In this document: one piece after another, positions 40,557 through 55,571 of the stretch | Numbering within the stretch: position 1 is the stretch's first letter | Layout of the letters: the number at the start of each line of letters is the position of its first letter | DNA from: Eledone cirrhosa | Lineage: Eukaryota | NCBI GenBank assembly: GCA_964016885.1 | Contig: OZ024740.1 | Coordinates: 178,436,001-178,500,000, forward strand | Direction: 5' to 3' | DNA: 64,000 bases | Made by a program: the position numbers and the translations under genes | The notes under the pieces: generated by a model | What the model was told of the DNA's origin: nothing | The model's input: the letters and a program-made list of their open reading frames with translations, nothing else | Database searches by the model: none

Positions 40557-42044
40557 ATACTTTGGGAGGGTCATGTTGCCAATAAGAAACACACGCACCA
40601 GTGTTTCACTTCAATTTATTATAATAAATTTATAAATTTAGGAATTTATAAATTTCTGGTTGGTTGGTTGGTTCCACAACCAGATGGTTGTTTATATATT
40701 GTCAAAGTTCTTTCGTCACACATTCTGTGACTTCTTCAGTGACTGGGGATTCTTTTCTTTGTTTTTGTGCCTCTCCTTTGTTCTGTCCTACGCCATTTTG
40801 TTTCTGTGTGTGTGTTGTATGCTCAGTCTGCGCATGCGTCATATCCGGGTGTCTGTGTGTGTTTATATTCGTTTATTTATTTGTTCATTTACATGTTACC
40901 GGTTGGTTGTTTGTTCTATGTGCGTGTGTGTTTTCATTTTGTCCTTAATTGTAAGTTGTGATGTTGCTGTTCCACTAATATTTTCTATTTAATTTTGGTT
41001 GTAATTCTTTTATGTTTATTGCCTCTGTGATTTGTCTAAACATTGCGTCTTTTCTGTGTGTAGATTCTATTTTTATTTCTATGTACTCTAATTTACCCTT
41101 ATGTTCTATTTTAGCATGTTGGTAGAGTACAGATGATTCTTTACTATCTTGAAGGTCTCGCCAGTCTTCATTTATCCGTTCCCCTACACTACGAGCTGTC
41201 TCACCTATGTACACTATATTTTTGTCTCTACATTGTCCTTCAGTACATCTTATGCTATATACTACATTTCTAGTTTTACAGTTAATATGGGGGCTTATTT
41301 TACAGGGTATACATTTCTTATCTATACAGGGGAGTCTTTGAAAAGGGTATGTCTTGCTAATAAGTGTTTTTACGGAGGTACCTGGTCTTTCCACTATCTT
41401 AATATTGAGTTTATGTTTGTCTAGGGCCCTTCTAAATCTGTAAGCTAATTCACCTGTAGGGGTTGTATCGATGAACATTACACTCTGGTATTTATTGCTA
41501 TCATACCATGAGTTTATTCTATTAGCCTTATTCCTAGTTCTTTCTATTCTATTCCAAAATTTGCTCGGTTACTCTCGCCGATTCTGCTGAGGAGGTCCTC
41601 CGTGCTGTCACATACATTTCAATGATGGGGCGTATGATCAGGGAGAGGAAGTAGGACAGTCTGTAGTTACTAGCAATGTTAGCTCCACAGACTGGCCGTG
41701 TTGGTGGCGCAGACTGAGCACACAAACACACACAGAAAGAAAATGGCGTAGGACAGAACAAAGGAGAGGCACAAAAACAAAGAAAAGAATCCCCAGTCAC
41801 TGAAGAGGTCACAGAATGTGTGACGAAAGAACTTTGACAATATATAAACAAGCATCTGGTTTTGGAACCAACCAACCAACCAGAAATTTATAAATTCCTA
41901 AATTTATAAATTTATTATGATAAATTGAAGTGAAACACTGGTGCGTATGTTTCTTATTGGCAACATGACCCTCCCAAAGTATAACAATATCGGTTTCAAC
42001 ACACGTTTTCAGATAAAGAATCTTGCTAAACAAATTCAGAAACG

Positions 42045-42050
<6 letters not shown>
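40550..42050 (-). mobile_element. Naiad-like PLE: 3' part (40550-41563 -), internal N-terminal fragment (41565-41706 -), inverted arm (41707-42050 +)
   Basis: ORF 40975-41478 is the GIY-YIG domain; termini match the other copies. Confidence 0.9.
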
Positions 42051-42082
<32 letters not shown>

Positions 42083-42647
42083 TATGTGTGTATATGCCTG
42101 TATATATGTATTTATGTGTGTGTGTGTGTGTATGTGTATGTCAGTGTACATGTATGTTTGTTTATATATATATATATATATATACTGTACATGTATATAT
42201 ATATACATATATATGAATGTGTGTGTATATATATGATTGTCTGTGTATATATATGCACACATATGTCTTTTTCTATATTTCTATATATTTTATATATTTT
42301 TTCTTACCCTTCTTTTCTTATGTATATTTCCCGTTATTTTTCCAGTCTCACTTCCAAGTTTTAACAGATTTTAAATCACATTTCATATCTTTTATCCCTC
42401 AGATTTCTGTTTGACGACCGATCCAGGCCTATATTATTTTTGTCTGTGATCCAGAAAACTTTGGTAATGGAGTAGTTATATTTTGTGTTGTTCACTTTCT
42501 AATTAAATATATATATACTATTAAATTAATATATAAGGGAACAAAGAATCAGTGTTGCATCATAAACGTATTAAATTACATATTACATATGTTTATACAT
42601 ACATATGTATATATATATATATAAACACACACACACATACATATACA

Positions 42648-43550
42648 ATAAAATAGACACCAAATACAATTAATACATTAAATGCCGATTTACGAACGTG
42701 TCACCACTTCTTGGGACTTTTCAAAACCAGTTTTCTTGATAATGGTTTCTTATATAGCCACCAGGCCAACGATTTGGGGGGAGGGGAAAGTCGATTAAAT
42801 CTACCCCAGTGCGTGACAGGTACTTTATTTTATCGACCCCGTAAGGATGAAAGGCAAAGTTAACCTCGGCGGGATTTGAACTCAGATCATAACTTCATAA
42901 CTCTATTCTGCAAAGAATGTTGTCCGACGCCATGCCGATACTGCCAATCCACTGCCCGTTGTTATTTTATAATAAATCCTCATTATAATCTCACCAAAGC
43001 AATCAACAGCCACCAGTTACAGAAAATGTTTACATTTGTGCATGTAGTTAGAGGTGAATGAATGTGTTTATTTATATGTGTATTTATATGTATGTAGACA
43101 TCTATATTTGTTTATGTATGTGTATTTATCTATACGTTTATGTCTTTATTTCTTCCTTCTTATCTTTTATAACATTTTTTATCAATTCTTATCTAGTTTA
43201 TATATATATATATATATATACTGTATATATATACTGTATATATATACTGTATATATATTCTTCTTATATTTATCATATAAATAATAACAAAATGTCTATA
43301 GTAATGTGCTAGGGTGGTTTAACATTGTTCTTTTCTGTAGTTGAACATCGCCTTTCTATACATAATGGCGTCATTTCCAATTTTATAAAAAAATGCAAAC
43401 ATTTTCTGTAACTACTGGCTGTTGATCACTTTGGTGAGATTATAATGAGGATTTATTATTAAATAACTGGTTTTGAAAAGTCTCAGGAAGGTGATGAAAC
43501 GTTCGTAAATCACCATTTAATGTATTGATTGTGTTTGGTGTCTATTTTAA
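42648..43550. repeat. Diverged inverted repeat (42648-43040, SINE-interrupted, versus 43395-43550)
   Basis: Reverse-complement similarity, e.g. ATTTACGAACG/CGTTCGTAAAT and AATCTCACCAAAG/CTTTGGTGAGATT. Confidence 0.55.
42757..42957 (-). mobile_element. tRNA-derived SINE
   Basis: Matches the SINE consensus. Confidence 0.82.
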
Positions 43551-43756
43551 TGAATAATTCGCTTCTAGTGTAATTGTTATTTTTAGCACGATAAGATTTT
43601 CTATACATGCCTTTTTGGAAAATTCTTTCAAAGAGGTATGATACATAGCCTATTGTATTGCTTTTAAGATAAATTACTCTATTTTGAGCTGTGTTTAACT
43701 TCTCCACCTAGCTTTATAATTTTAATATTGTTTTTGTAACAAACGATATTTATTTT

Positions 43757-43792
<36 letters not shown>

Positions 43793-43794
<2 letters not shown>

Positions 43795-45500
43795 TTTCGT
43801 TTCTGAATTTCTTTAGCAAGATTCTTTATCTGAAAACGTGTGTTGAAACCGATATTGTTATATATTTGGGAGGGTGATGTTGCCAATAAGAAACACACGC
43901 ACCAGTGCACTCCAATTTATTATAAATAAAAAAATCTTTCTAAAATTTTTTCAAAAGTTTTTTTCAATAAATTTATAAATTTCCGGTTGGTTGGTTGGTT
44001 CCACAACCGGATGGTTGTTCATATATTCTCAAAGTTCTTTCGTCACACATTCTGTGACCTCTCAGTGACTGGAATTTTTTTCTTTGTTTTGTGCCTCATC
44101 TTGTTTTTGTGTGTGTTGTGTGCTTAGTTTGCGCATGTGTTACATCCGGGTGTCTGTGTGTGTTTTATTTGTTTATTTATTTGTTTATTTACATGTTACA
44201 GGTTGGTTGCTTGTTCTATGTGTGTGTGTTTTCATTTTGCCCTTAATTGTAAGTTGTGATGTTGCTATTCCATTCATGTTTTCTATTTAATTTTGGTTGG
44301 AGTTCATTTATGTTTATTGCCTCTGTGATTTGTCTAAACATTGCGTCTTTTCTGTGTGTAAATTTGATTTTTATTTCTATGTTCTCTAATTTGCCCTTAT
44401 GTTCTAGTTTCGCATATTGGTGGAGTATTGATGACTCTTTTCTATCTTGAAACTCGCGCCAGTGTTCATTTCACCGTTCTCCTATACTACGAGCTGTCTC
44501 ACCTATGTACACTATATTCATATCTTTACATTCTCCTTCAGTACATCTTATGCTATATACTATGCTTCCAGTTTTTCAGTTAATATGGGGGCTTAGTTTA
44601 CTGATTATGCATTTTTATCTATACAGGGAGGTCTTTGAAAAGGGTATGTATTACTAATAAGTGTTTTTATGGAGCTACCTGATCTTTCTACTATCTTAAT
44701 ATTAAGTTTAAGTTTATCTAGGGCCCTTTTAAATTTGTAAGCTAATTCACCTCTAGGGGTTGTATTGATGAACATTACACTCTGGTATTTATTGCTATCA
44801 TACCATGAGCTCTGTGTTTAGCACAGGTACCTGTATTAGACACTGATCTCTGGTCAGAAACCATTAATAACAAAAAAAAATCCTCCATTCCCATTATGCC
44901 AAACCCATGACTTTCAAATATACTAAAATAGAACATAAGGGTAAATTAGAGAACATAGAAATAAAAATAGAAACACAGAAAAGACGCAATGTTTAGACAA
45001 ATCACAGAATCAATAAACATAAATGAACTCCAACCAAAATTAAATAGAAAACCTAAGTGGAACAGCAACATCACAACTTACAATTAAGGACAAAATGAAA
45101 ACACAAACGCACATAGAACAAACAACCAACCAGTAACATGTAAATAAACAAATAAATAAACGAATATAAACACACACAGACACCAGGATGTAACACATGC
45201 GCAAACTAAGCACACAACACACACACAAAAACAAGATGGCGTAGGACAGAACAAAGGAGAGGCACAAAAACAAAGAAAAGAATCCCCAGTCACTGAAGAG
45301 GTCACAGAAAGTTTGACGAAAGAACTTTGACAATATATGAACAACCGCCCGGTTGTGGAACCAACCGGAAATTTATAAATTTTTGAAAAGATTTTTTGAA
45401 TAAATTTTTTAGAAACATTTTTTAATTCATAATAACTTAGAGTGAAACGACTGGTGCGTGTGTTTCTTATTGGCAACATGACCCTCCCAAAGTATAACAA
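43793..45500. mobile_element. Naiad-like PLE head-to-head pair, more diverged
   Basis: 43793-44810 (-) and 44820-45500 (+) both end at family termini in TA. Confidence 0.88.
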
Positions 45501-46288
45501 TATATATATATATATTTATATATATATATGAACTTTAAATTACGTGTTTAGTCGAAAATCATTCGAAGAGGTAAAAATGTTTCTTGTATTTTTTTTTTTT
45601 TTAATTAATTCTGATGAATCAAGTCATTTGTTCATATAATTAATGAAGTAAAAATGAAATATCTTTTATGAAATATCTTTTATGAAATGGAAGAAACGCG
45701 CGCTAATTAATCTTATTTTCAATATCTTATATATATATTTATCACTTTCGTATTTTGGCTCATATATAAGTATACACAGACTGATGTGGATGCTTACGTT
45801 AATCTAAAATATAGGGAATGATAATTATACACACATATACACATATATATATATGCACATATGCAAATGCATATCAACGTGTATATACAGATACATATGT
45901 ATACGAATACATACAGATACACACACACACACACACGCCCATATACATATACACACACACACATATATATATATATCAGTTTCAGGAGATCCCGCTTAGG
46001 GTGAAAGCAGAAATGTATTGCTTAAATTTTTATTCTTTACTAATAATACATATTTGCTCAACAAATTTATATATACTTATATACGTATACATATACAACC
46101 CTTATCGAGTTCTCTCTGGATTTAGGTTCTTATTTTTATTATTACTATATATACACATACATTATTATTTTTAAAAATGTAGGAATAATAAAGCATGCAG
46201 AAAAGTCGGAAGACACAAACACAAGGACAATTCCCGCCCATCGGCTGTCTTTTGGGGACTATTATAGTTTCGGATCTTTTAATGCATG

Positions 46289-47190
46289 TACAGAGTTGTG
46301 CATAATGTAGAGACCACCTGCATTTTAGCTGTCAAATTATTAGCAACCTTAGTATACACAACAGAAACGCGCAAATATCATCACACTTAATTTTAAAAAA
46401 AATCATTTTACATAAGTCGACCATATTTTCATATACATTGCACACCGAGTCAGCATTTTAATACATTTTTGAGTACTATCATGGCTGCCATGTCAAGCGA
46501 AAAACGTGCAAATATCATTCTTCTTCATGAGGAAGGGTATTCTCAACGACAAATATCTGTAGGACTGGGTGCATTTAAGACTGGTGTTCAAATAACATGG
46601 AAGACCATGCAAGATAATTGTTCAAACAGATCACATGATACGCCAATTTGCAGTGTTAAATCCAACTGCTTCTAGCTCATATATCCAAGCTCAACTTCCT
46701 CAGGACACAAACATATCATCTTCTACCATCCGATGACACTGTGTTAAGGAATCTAACCTTCAGTCTTTTGAGCTAGCTGCCAGGCTACAACTTTCAAATA
46801 AAATCATCAAGGACCATCTATTGTTCTACAACACTTATCGTCAATCAATAGGGTGAAGTAATGTTTAGTGATGAAACATTAATTAGACAATTTGCCCCTT
46901 ATAATCACAATGTAAGAAACCTCCTGGACAGATAAACCAACAGATAAACATTCACCATCATTGATGGTCTGGCGATAAATAAGCATAAAGCGACGAGCTG
47001 CACTGACTATAATTCCAGCAGGGAAGACTGTAAATGCAAACATGTATTTGGAAATCATACGAGAAAAGGTCTCATTATGGATGGAGAGGCATTGTTGCAA
47101 TATATATCAACAAAGAGCATTTCTTGCCATAGGGCAAACGCTATTAAGATATGTTTTCGAGAAGCTGATATTGATGAGCTGGCACCACAG
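46289..47190 (+). mobile_element. Tc1/mariner transposase relic
   Basis: TA-CAG..GACCACC end; SSEKRANIILLHEEGYSQRQIS (HTH), VMFSDET, KHSPSLMVW, TVNANMYLEII. Confidence 0.75.
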
Positions 47191-47229
47191 TTAAAGTTAC
47201 TCAATATATTGTTAGAGTATAGGCATCTT

Positions 47230-47710
47230 TATTTTATATAGAAATGACTACTATATGACTAGGGTCTTTTCATTCATATGAAATGGGAGTCGGGAAGGAG
47301 CTTCTGCATGATAATCAAAAGTGTAAACCCAGGGAAATTCCACAGCATTACAGTAATGAATCTATGGCTGAAAAACTGCATCCTTATCAGCAAAAGCCAT
47401 GCATAATAATGATGCCAGGAAGCTCCAATGTGCGAGTAATAAACTGAAATCAAACAAACCAGATATAATGATATGGGACAGAGAGAAGAAGGCACGCACA
47501 GCAGTAGATCTCATCTGTCCGGCAGATGTCAATAGAATGCTAAAGATCAGTGAAAAGTAGATTTATGCTGCAAAGATTTATGAGGAATCTGGATATATTA
47601 CTGAGAGTCTCATTACAAATCTTGAGTAGCTGAGCTTCATATCTAGAAAGAGCAGAGCTAGTTAGGAAGCTGCAAGTGCAGTCCAAAGAATATGTAAAAC
47701 GTTTAAAATA
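47230..47710 (+). mobile_element. RLE-type non-LTR (R4/Dong-like) endonuclease fragment
   Basis: SNKPDIMIWDREKKARTAVDLICPADVNRMLKISEK, a PD..D motif. Confidence 0.55.
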
Positions 47711-48946
47711 TTCTGTATGTAATAACACATGTATAAACGCAAAACATGTGGCAGATCAAATGATGCAGATCCACACACTAAATAACATCCATACCTTCAC
47801 ACACACACACACACAGTTGATGTCTGAATTCCAATGAAAGGATTTTGTATCAATGATAGAAACCGGCTCTCTTTCTATCGGTGAACATTTATGAAATCAG
47901 AATAATATAATTACACATACATACATACATAATATATGCATTCATACATACATACATGCATGGATGCTTGCAAGCATACGTACATGAGCGCATACATACA
48001 TATCAATACATATGCATATGTGTGCGTGCGTGTCTGTGTATGTGCCTGCCATCTCTGCGATTGTTTTTAATCTCAGTTAACTCATTACTGTTCTTCTTTC
48101 CATTGCACGATTCTTGGCTCATGCCACTGATATTAAAACCTGTTTCATCCCTTTCTCTTCATTCTTATCTCTTCCTCGTTACCAGTAAATATTTCAAACC
48201 TATATTAGCAATGCCTCCATGAATAATTATAAATCAATATTTTCGCTTTCGATGAAGGGTTTTCTTGGGAACTTTCCGTATCCACGTCAATACACATCTT
48301 ACAAACTTTACAGTATGCATGTTTACCGAGCAGCAGATAATAGCTATCCGATTTTCAGGCGATGACATATGAGTCAAATTCGTATCTTATGCATGAAGAA
48401 AATTTTCTTCATCAGTATCAGGCTACAAAACGACATTTTGACATTTTTCACCATTCACTTAGATCCTTCTGTATTAAGGGAGAACAGATTTACTAAACTA
48501 ACGGCTCAACAAGCTGCGAATATTTTATGCAAATAAGAAGCTATTAAAATTAACGCTCTATACTATCATGATTTTCTCTCAATCTGGCAATCAGTCAATT
48601 AGAAAATATTTGTAGCACATTGAAAGTTTTAAGTATTAGACGTAGTTTGATGGAAGCAATGAAGTGTAAACTACGGTGCAATGGTGTGTAAAGGAAATCA
48701 ATTTATGGAAGATAAGAAAGATAGTTTAGATTCATTGTATTTGATCACAGTTCAAATATTATTTCATACAGAGATCACAAGCGGATGTATACGAGGTTTT
48801 TTTTCTATATTTTGTTCAGTGCATTTTTGTGTTTTATTTGTTTGATGGTGGAGTTTGATATTTGTTTTTTAGTTTGTCATCGTCCATGTTTACATATGTA
48901 TTTTCCTTTTTTCAGACGTGCATTCATACTTACAAAAATACATGTG

Positions 48947-49066
<120 letters not shown>

Positions 49067-49140
49067 TATACATAACTAATAAGCTCTGTAACCTACATAG
49101 AGCACTCTTTTTTCCTGGACCTTTCCGACGGAATTACTTC

Positions 49141-49182
<42 letters not shown>

Positions 49183-49302
49183 GTGTGTGTGTGTGTGGGT
49201 GTGTGTATGCGTACCGGTCAGATATCCTTAGATAATGAAATGATTAAACGTGATTCTATAATTAAAGGAAATATGTTTGAACGGAACACTTATGTAACAT
49301 CG

Positions 49303-49414
<112 letters not shown>

Positions 49415-49781
49415 ATATATATATATGCAATTGCGTTGCAGTAACATAGCGTTTTTCGCTATAAGGTTCTAAGTAGAAGCATATACGATATGTTTATCTG
49501 TAATAACCATACGAGAATCTCACTATGGATTTTTCTGAAAAGCGGCGATCATGTCACAGATATCTTAGTAACGTTGAGAATGAGATATTTCTGGATTTTT
49601 ATCCTTCATCAGTTACATACTCACTCACTACTGAGACAAAATAGGCTAAACACTATATGGTCTTGTGTATGAAACATTGACTGGGGATGCTAATTTGGAT
49701 CATGTGAGAATTTGAATGATGGAAGGGAGATAATAATGTTGCACTAACATAGCGTTGTTCGTCTTTTGAAGGCATATACAA

Positions 49782-49993
49782 TCAATAAGTTTATTTATAA
49801 TAAAAGAAAATAGCCTTCATAGATAGAAAGTAAACCTACTCCCAAATTTCAGTACTTCAACCTATGCTATAAATATTATAATATTGCATATGAAAGCATA
49901 TACTATCAGTAAGTTTATTTATAATAAACAATTTAGCCTTCATAGATACAAACTAAAACCTACTCCCAAATTTCCGTACTTCAACCTATGCTA
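49782..49993 (+). repeat. ~90-bp tandem duplication
   Basis: TAAGTTTATTTATAATAAA..ACTTCAACCTATGCTA occurs twice. Confidence 0.7.
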
Positions 49994-50158
49994 GAAATGT
50001 AGGATTTCTAGCATAAATTGCAAACACCATAACTTATCGATTGTATCCTCATGTGAAATATATTGTCTTAGAACAACGAAAAAATAAATAAAAATAGTGT
50101 ATATCTCTCAAGAGCAGTAATGGTTGATTTTGTTTTTATGGCTCACACCTGCAGAGGT

Positions 50159-50387
50159 TTAACCCTTTAGCATTCACATTACTCTATATATACTATTGTA
50201 TTTTCATGGTAAAGGTTTTATCTCACATACTTTATCTCACATAATATCGAATCTATGAGATTTTGAAAGTATTTATTTTGAGAACAATACCTTAACATCA
50301 CTTTCAGCGACCAGTTACAGCAGTTTCAACAGAAAAAGGTAGAGAATTCTCGCCGGTTTTGGCCGGTGTTGAACATTAAAGGGTTAA
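50159..50387. mobile_element. piggyBac-type MITE
   Basis: TTAA-CCCTTTA ... TAAAGGG-TTAA termini. Confidence 0.65.
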
Positions 50388-51276
50388 CCAACCTTCTATC
50401 ATGCTACATCGCATTACAATGATTTTTGTTTATGGGCGAAAATCCAGTACTATCATGTCATTATTTTCTTGGTAGCAGAAAGTAGAATTTATTTCAGAAT
50501 GGTCTCATATCCCTTTAACAATTATGTTAATCACCCACCCTAGAGTGAAACTACAACGATATTGACACTGACTGCATAGAAGGCAAAGATGAATTCTACA
50601 AGATTTTAATTCAGACCGCAGAGAGCAGTAAGTATCGCAAATAATTAAATCGGAGACTCTATCGATTCTGCCAATTTTCCGCTGGCGAATTTGACAGTAA
50701 ACATTCTGCACAGAAAACAATGCCTTATGGTGTGTAATTTCGTACAGCTGCAACAATTAAAAACTTCAACGAGGTGAATGATTCTTACATAAGATTTCAG
50801 ATTTCATTGGAGTGAATGAATCTTACGTCAACTTTCAATGAAATAAGTACCGGTTGATTCAATTAACTATAAATCCCTTCTTTATTCAAAATTTCCTTGT
50901 TATATGAAGACATCAATAATACTTAAATATCAATGTGTTTCTAGATACTCCGATGTGTATATATGCAAATAGTCTCTTAATGGGATAACTTGTTTTCGAA
51001 AAGTAACGATAACATTTTTATAATCTTATAATACGTCCTGTAATGATTGATCGACGGGCTATATAATAGTAAGTTTCACACTTTATAATCTTCATTGATT
51101 TAAAAGCTAGAATGTTATTATTGTAATACATTCATCAGTCGAGAGACAATCAAAGAAGTTGCTTTCATATTGTAATTACCACATACGGTTTTACAGCATT
51201 TCAGAAATCAAAAGAACACGTTGATTTCAAACTACACTATCGAAATATAATGGATTACGATATTCTAAATAAAAGA

Positions 51277-51545
51277 GGTGTGTGACCTAGTGGTAAGGGC
51301 TTATGATCATAATGTCGTGGTTTCGATTCCTGGACTGGGTTGTGTGTTGTGTTCTTTAGGAAAATACTTCATTTCACGTTGCTCAAGTATACTTAGCTGA
51401 AAAGTGTACCAGTAATAACTAGGGGTTTAACCTTTCGATGGACTAGAGTCGTGTCCAGAGGTGTGTCATGTACTTCCCGTCGCTTCACGCAACGGAAACC
51501 AGAATAAACACTGGCCCGATGAGCTTTCGAGCTCGATACAGACTT
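51277..51545 (+). mobile_element. Second tRNA-derived SINE family, diverged
   Basis: A-box TGACCTAGTGG, B-box GTTTCGATTCC, then GTGTTCTT..AATACTT. Confidence 0.6.
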
Positions 51546-52725
51546 TAGATTTTGAAATATTGTCAATCGTGCTTATAGTTTTGAGACGATTCTAATTTCA
51601 GCTCTAAAACAACCCACACAGCTTTTAGTTAGTGGTTTCATTTCTAGAGTAATTGAGGAACAACAATAGTTATCTTTCCAAAGTAGGGAGAGAGAGAGGG
51701 GGGGGGGGGGCACTTATATTTTACACACGCTGAATCTTTATTAAGCAGAGATGGGGGAGTGGTGAAGTTAGCAGGTGACCGGTCCGTCATCTGTGGGGTT
51801 GAGAATCGCATCAGTTCATTGGAACAACCTTTTACACACGCCTCAACAGAGTTTCTTAACACTATCAAGATCCTTCTAAGTATCCTTGCGTAAATTTTAT
51901 ACACAGCTCTAAACAAGTTCAAAACTGCACACATTACCGCTCCTCATGACAGATATTCTACCTGCGATAATCTATCAATCTCTCCAAGGTGAATAAATAT
52001 ATTTCACTCATACCCCGAACTATACCAAAACCTAGATTCGGTTAATATTCTTTATTATTTCCGTGGTCAGAAGTAGAAAATATCATTTGCCAAGCAGTCG
52101 TCTAAGTAATTGCTGCTTCATATAAATGTACGCTAACGAGAAGAATGGAATGAAAGCACTTAATTTCTAATCCCTTCATAAATCCTTATCTCCAACATAT
52201 ATCGAACAAACTTCTGCGGAACACACAGACGCAACGAGTCAGGTTTTTCTGTGTACGGAGAATTTAGCAAAAAGTGTGTTTACAATTGTTCCTTTTTACA
52301 ACCCGGCATGCAATTAAACTGACGTTATATTCTCAGTACATATATATGCCGAGTTTTGCATGAATATCTATTTTTAATTGATTATTTTGTAACATGTTGG
52401 CGCATTATACAATTTAGACTGACTGTCAGATAAGATATACATTCCTTTGTACACATAGACAACTGTACGTTCTTTCCGAAGGCAGAAATGTTAGAGTATT
52501 TGTCGTTTGATAAAGAGACAAATATTTGTTAAACGTGTAAAATAATCTTGTGCTTTAATGTGTATGGAGAACATAACAAAATTATAGTAGCGCTTGTTTG
52601 TTTTTAAAATGAGGTTTATATTTTAATAAAAGTTATATCTACATTAAATTTATCTCAGATCCTTTAGCAGGTATTTTGTTATGCCTATATATTTGTTAAT
52701 AATACTATAGTTATATATTATTCAG

Positions 52726-52940
52726 GGGAGTATGGCAGTATCGGTGGAGCGTCGGACAATATGCTTTATGATACAGAGTTACGTCCCTTACAATCGGAGT
52801 TCAAATACTGCCGAGGGTAGCTTTGCCAGTCAACATTACGGGGTCGATAAAATAAAGTACCAGTAATGCACTGGAGTCGATTTAGTTGACATTTCCCGCC
52901 CCCAAAATTGTTGGCCTTGTGCCTAAATCAGAAACCAATA
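52726..52940 (+). mobile_element. tRNA-derived SINE
   Basis: Diverged match to the SINE consensus. Confidence 0.8.
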
Positions 52941-53495
52941 TTATAGTTATATTATAGCGTTAGCCAATCAAGACGGACTTCAATCAATTTTCCCGTGATT
53001 CGAAACAGAGTAAATAAATTAGATTCCGAACGCACGTAGTGATACTGGTTCTTTTAACAGCAGACATTTCATTAATTACGATACTAAAAATGTCTACAGT
53101 TCTTATTAAAACCAAGCTAATATTATTATGCGTTTGGTTGTGTCTCTGATGGTTAATTGGACGAAAATCTTGATTTATTATTTTCAGTGTAATCATCATT
53201 CGTTACACAGAAGAAAACAAGAAAGATCCAAAATAATTTTATAATCGATGTTTTTACATTTAAGCAAATTAAAATGAATAAAATATGCTCAGCATGAAAA
53301 TCATTATTATTTTTGAAATGATTTCAAACATAACAATTTACCTTGTTAACTTCCGTTTCAACACCTATAATTTCGAAATTTAGCGAAGGAAAATAAAAGC
53401 AAATATATATATATATATATATATACACATACATATATGCCTCTGTGTGTATATACACATACATACTCACAAATATATATATACATATATATATA

Positions 53496-53581
<86 letters not shown>

Positions 53582-53584
53582 GAC

Positions 53585-53624
<40 letters not shown>

Positions 53625-53646
53625 GTATATATATATAGACATACAC

Positions 53647-53690
<44 letters not shown>

Positions 53691-54479
53691 TTACTCAAGT
53701 TAAACAGTTCAAGAGATTTTTGAATTATATATTTAAACCAATAATCTCTAAAGGGAAGCACTAATTTTAGGGAAAAAATCGACAAAATAAAATTGACAAC
53801 GATGTAACGTTTGTTTAGATTACTGGCACCAAGTTATCGTTAATTTCTTTGAACATTAAACAAGTCGACTACGAAGCGCCAATAATACCTCGCTAAATAC
53901 AAATAGACTGAGCTTTATCAAAGTTATTTTTCATATGTTTTCCTCTTAATAAACAAAAAGTAAAACAACGAAGAAAAAAATATTAAAATGCATGTTTGTA
54001 ACAAAAGAAAAACTTTTGAAATTGCTATTTTGATCCAAGAATACGAACTTAATAATTATTGTTAAAATGATTTTCAATTTGCTACGATTAGTTCGCTTTG
54101 CAGTTGCAAATATCAAACAATGTCGTTAATGAAATAGTTGCTATATTTATTTTTCTCCTCATCACCCTTTTCATATTCCTATATCTTTATCCGATTGTTC
54201 GCATTATTATTATTATTTGGCTTTGCCTTGCTACACAGGAACGACTCAGCTCCAGTAAGTTTGTTATTCTTCAATTGTTTAAAAAACCGTTATTGTTTAT
54301 GTTTGTTACAAATTTTGAATAGGGTATCCTCAAGAACAGTGACCCTATAATGTATGGGATTTGGGCCCAAATATCATAAATGAGGCCCAGAAGATCTTAA
54401 AACCCAAATGTTGGTTATAACACCCTCTATAGTGAGTCAAAATCGTTTGTGCAAGAAAAACGTTCATCATGACAACGAT

Positions 54480-55470
54480 GCAAACTTAATTCTGTAGAGT
54501 ACTAATAGCAACGCCATCACTATCACCACTAGCACTGTCAATATCACCAGTACAGTCAATACCAACAAGGCCAGAGTCACCACGAAAAACATAAACACCA
54601 TCAACAACAATAGCAACAACAGCAACAACAGTAACAGTGACAACACCAAAAGTGCAAATGCAGCTAGCCAACCAATAAACCTGTTAAGCACAGGTTTAAC
54701 AAGTCAGCCAGCAAGCCAGTCAACCAATCACGGTACAGGTTCTAGGAGAACGGAAACAGTTACCAGTAATATGAAGATAACTTCCACATATGCAGCCGCC
54801 TCCATCGCAGTGGCAGAAAAATATGTAGAAAAGTTAATCGGTAAACAGGAAGTATTAACGGAAGCGAAGAAAATTGAAGAAAACATAGGCCACATGGAGA
54901 ACCTCAAACCCCTATGTGACGGGGGTAGAAAATCAGCTTCGTTATCTGGTGATATACCGTAAATTAGAGCTAAATCCTATCGGTTTGAGTGGGCCATCGA
55001 GGTCCAAATCCTCAAAACCGTGGGTGGCGTGTGGGCACACAGACTGCACATCACTTCAGGCAAACAATTTGGGTCGGTGAATGTTTTATTTGTCACCCAT
55101 CAGGAAGAATACTTTCACTCCATATCTCCCCTTAGAAGTAACGAATTCGCTCTCGTTCTGTCCTATTGCGGCAAGAGATTGATGAAAGTGAGGCTCACAC
55201 AGGTGCTGCCCGCGATAGCCATTCCTCGGCTAATCACAGCTAGAAGCCAAGGAATTCTGCCCGCAACAAACCATAAAGAAGGAAAGCGTCCCGCTCCTTC
55301 CAACACCAAATCTTCTACTGCGAACAGAATAAGCACAAACATAGACGGTAACAAAGGACAGACCATCACACGCAACTAAAAAGGCCAAATCAACAACAGC
55401 AACAAAACGAGAAGGGGGATTTCGGATATATGAGGTTCCTAATCTACCCCTGGGTGATGCTCCCACCTTT
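54480..55470 (+). mobile_element. Possible LINE ORF1-like fragment
   Basis: Coding-like, A/C-rich and broken; no diagnostic catalytic motif seen. Confidence 0.3.
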
Positions 55471-55571
55471 TAGGGAAATCTGTTGTTTTAATTCATTGTT
55501 TTGTAACCTGTTTTCTTTATTCATACGATTAATTATATGCAAATCCCCGATGTCCTATTATTACTAATACT

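Noticed and set aside
43465-43512. Possible U3-A8 hammerhead (TTGAAAA..GAAACGTT)
   Set aside because: Stem I does not pair, and the inverted copy lacks GAAA.
50541-50632. Possible host exon ending in GTAAGT
   Set aside because: All three frames from the nearest acceptors contain stops, and no partner exons were found.
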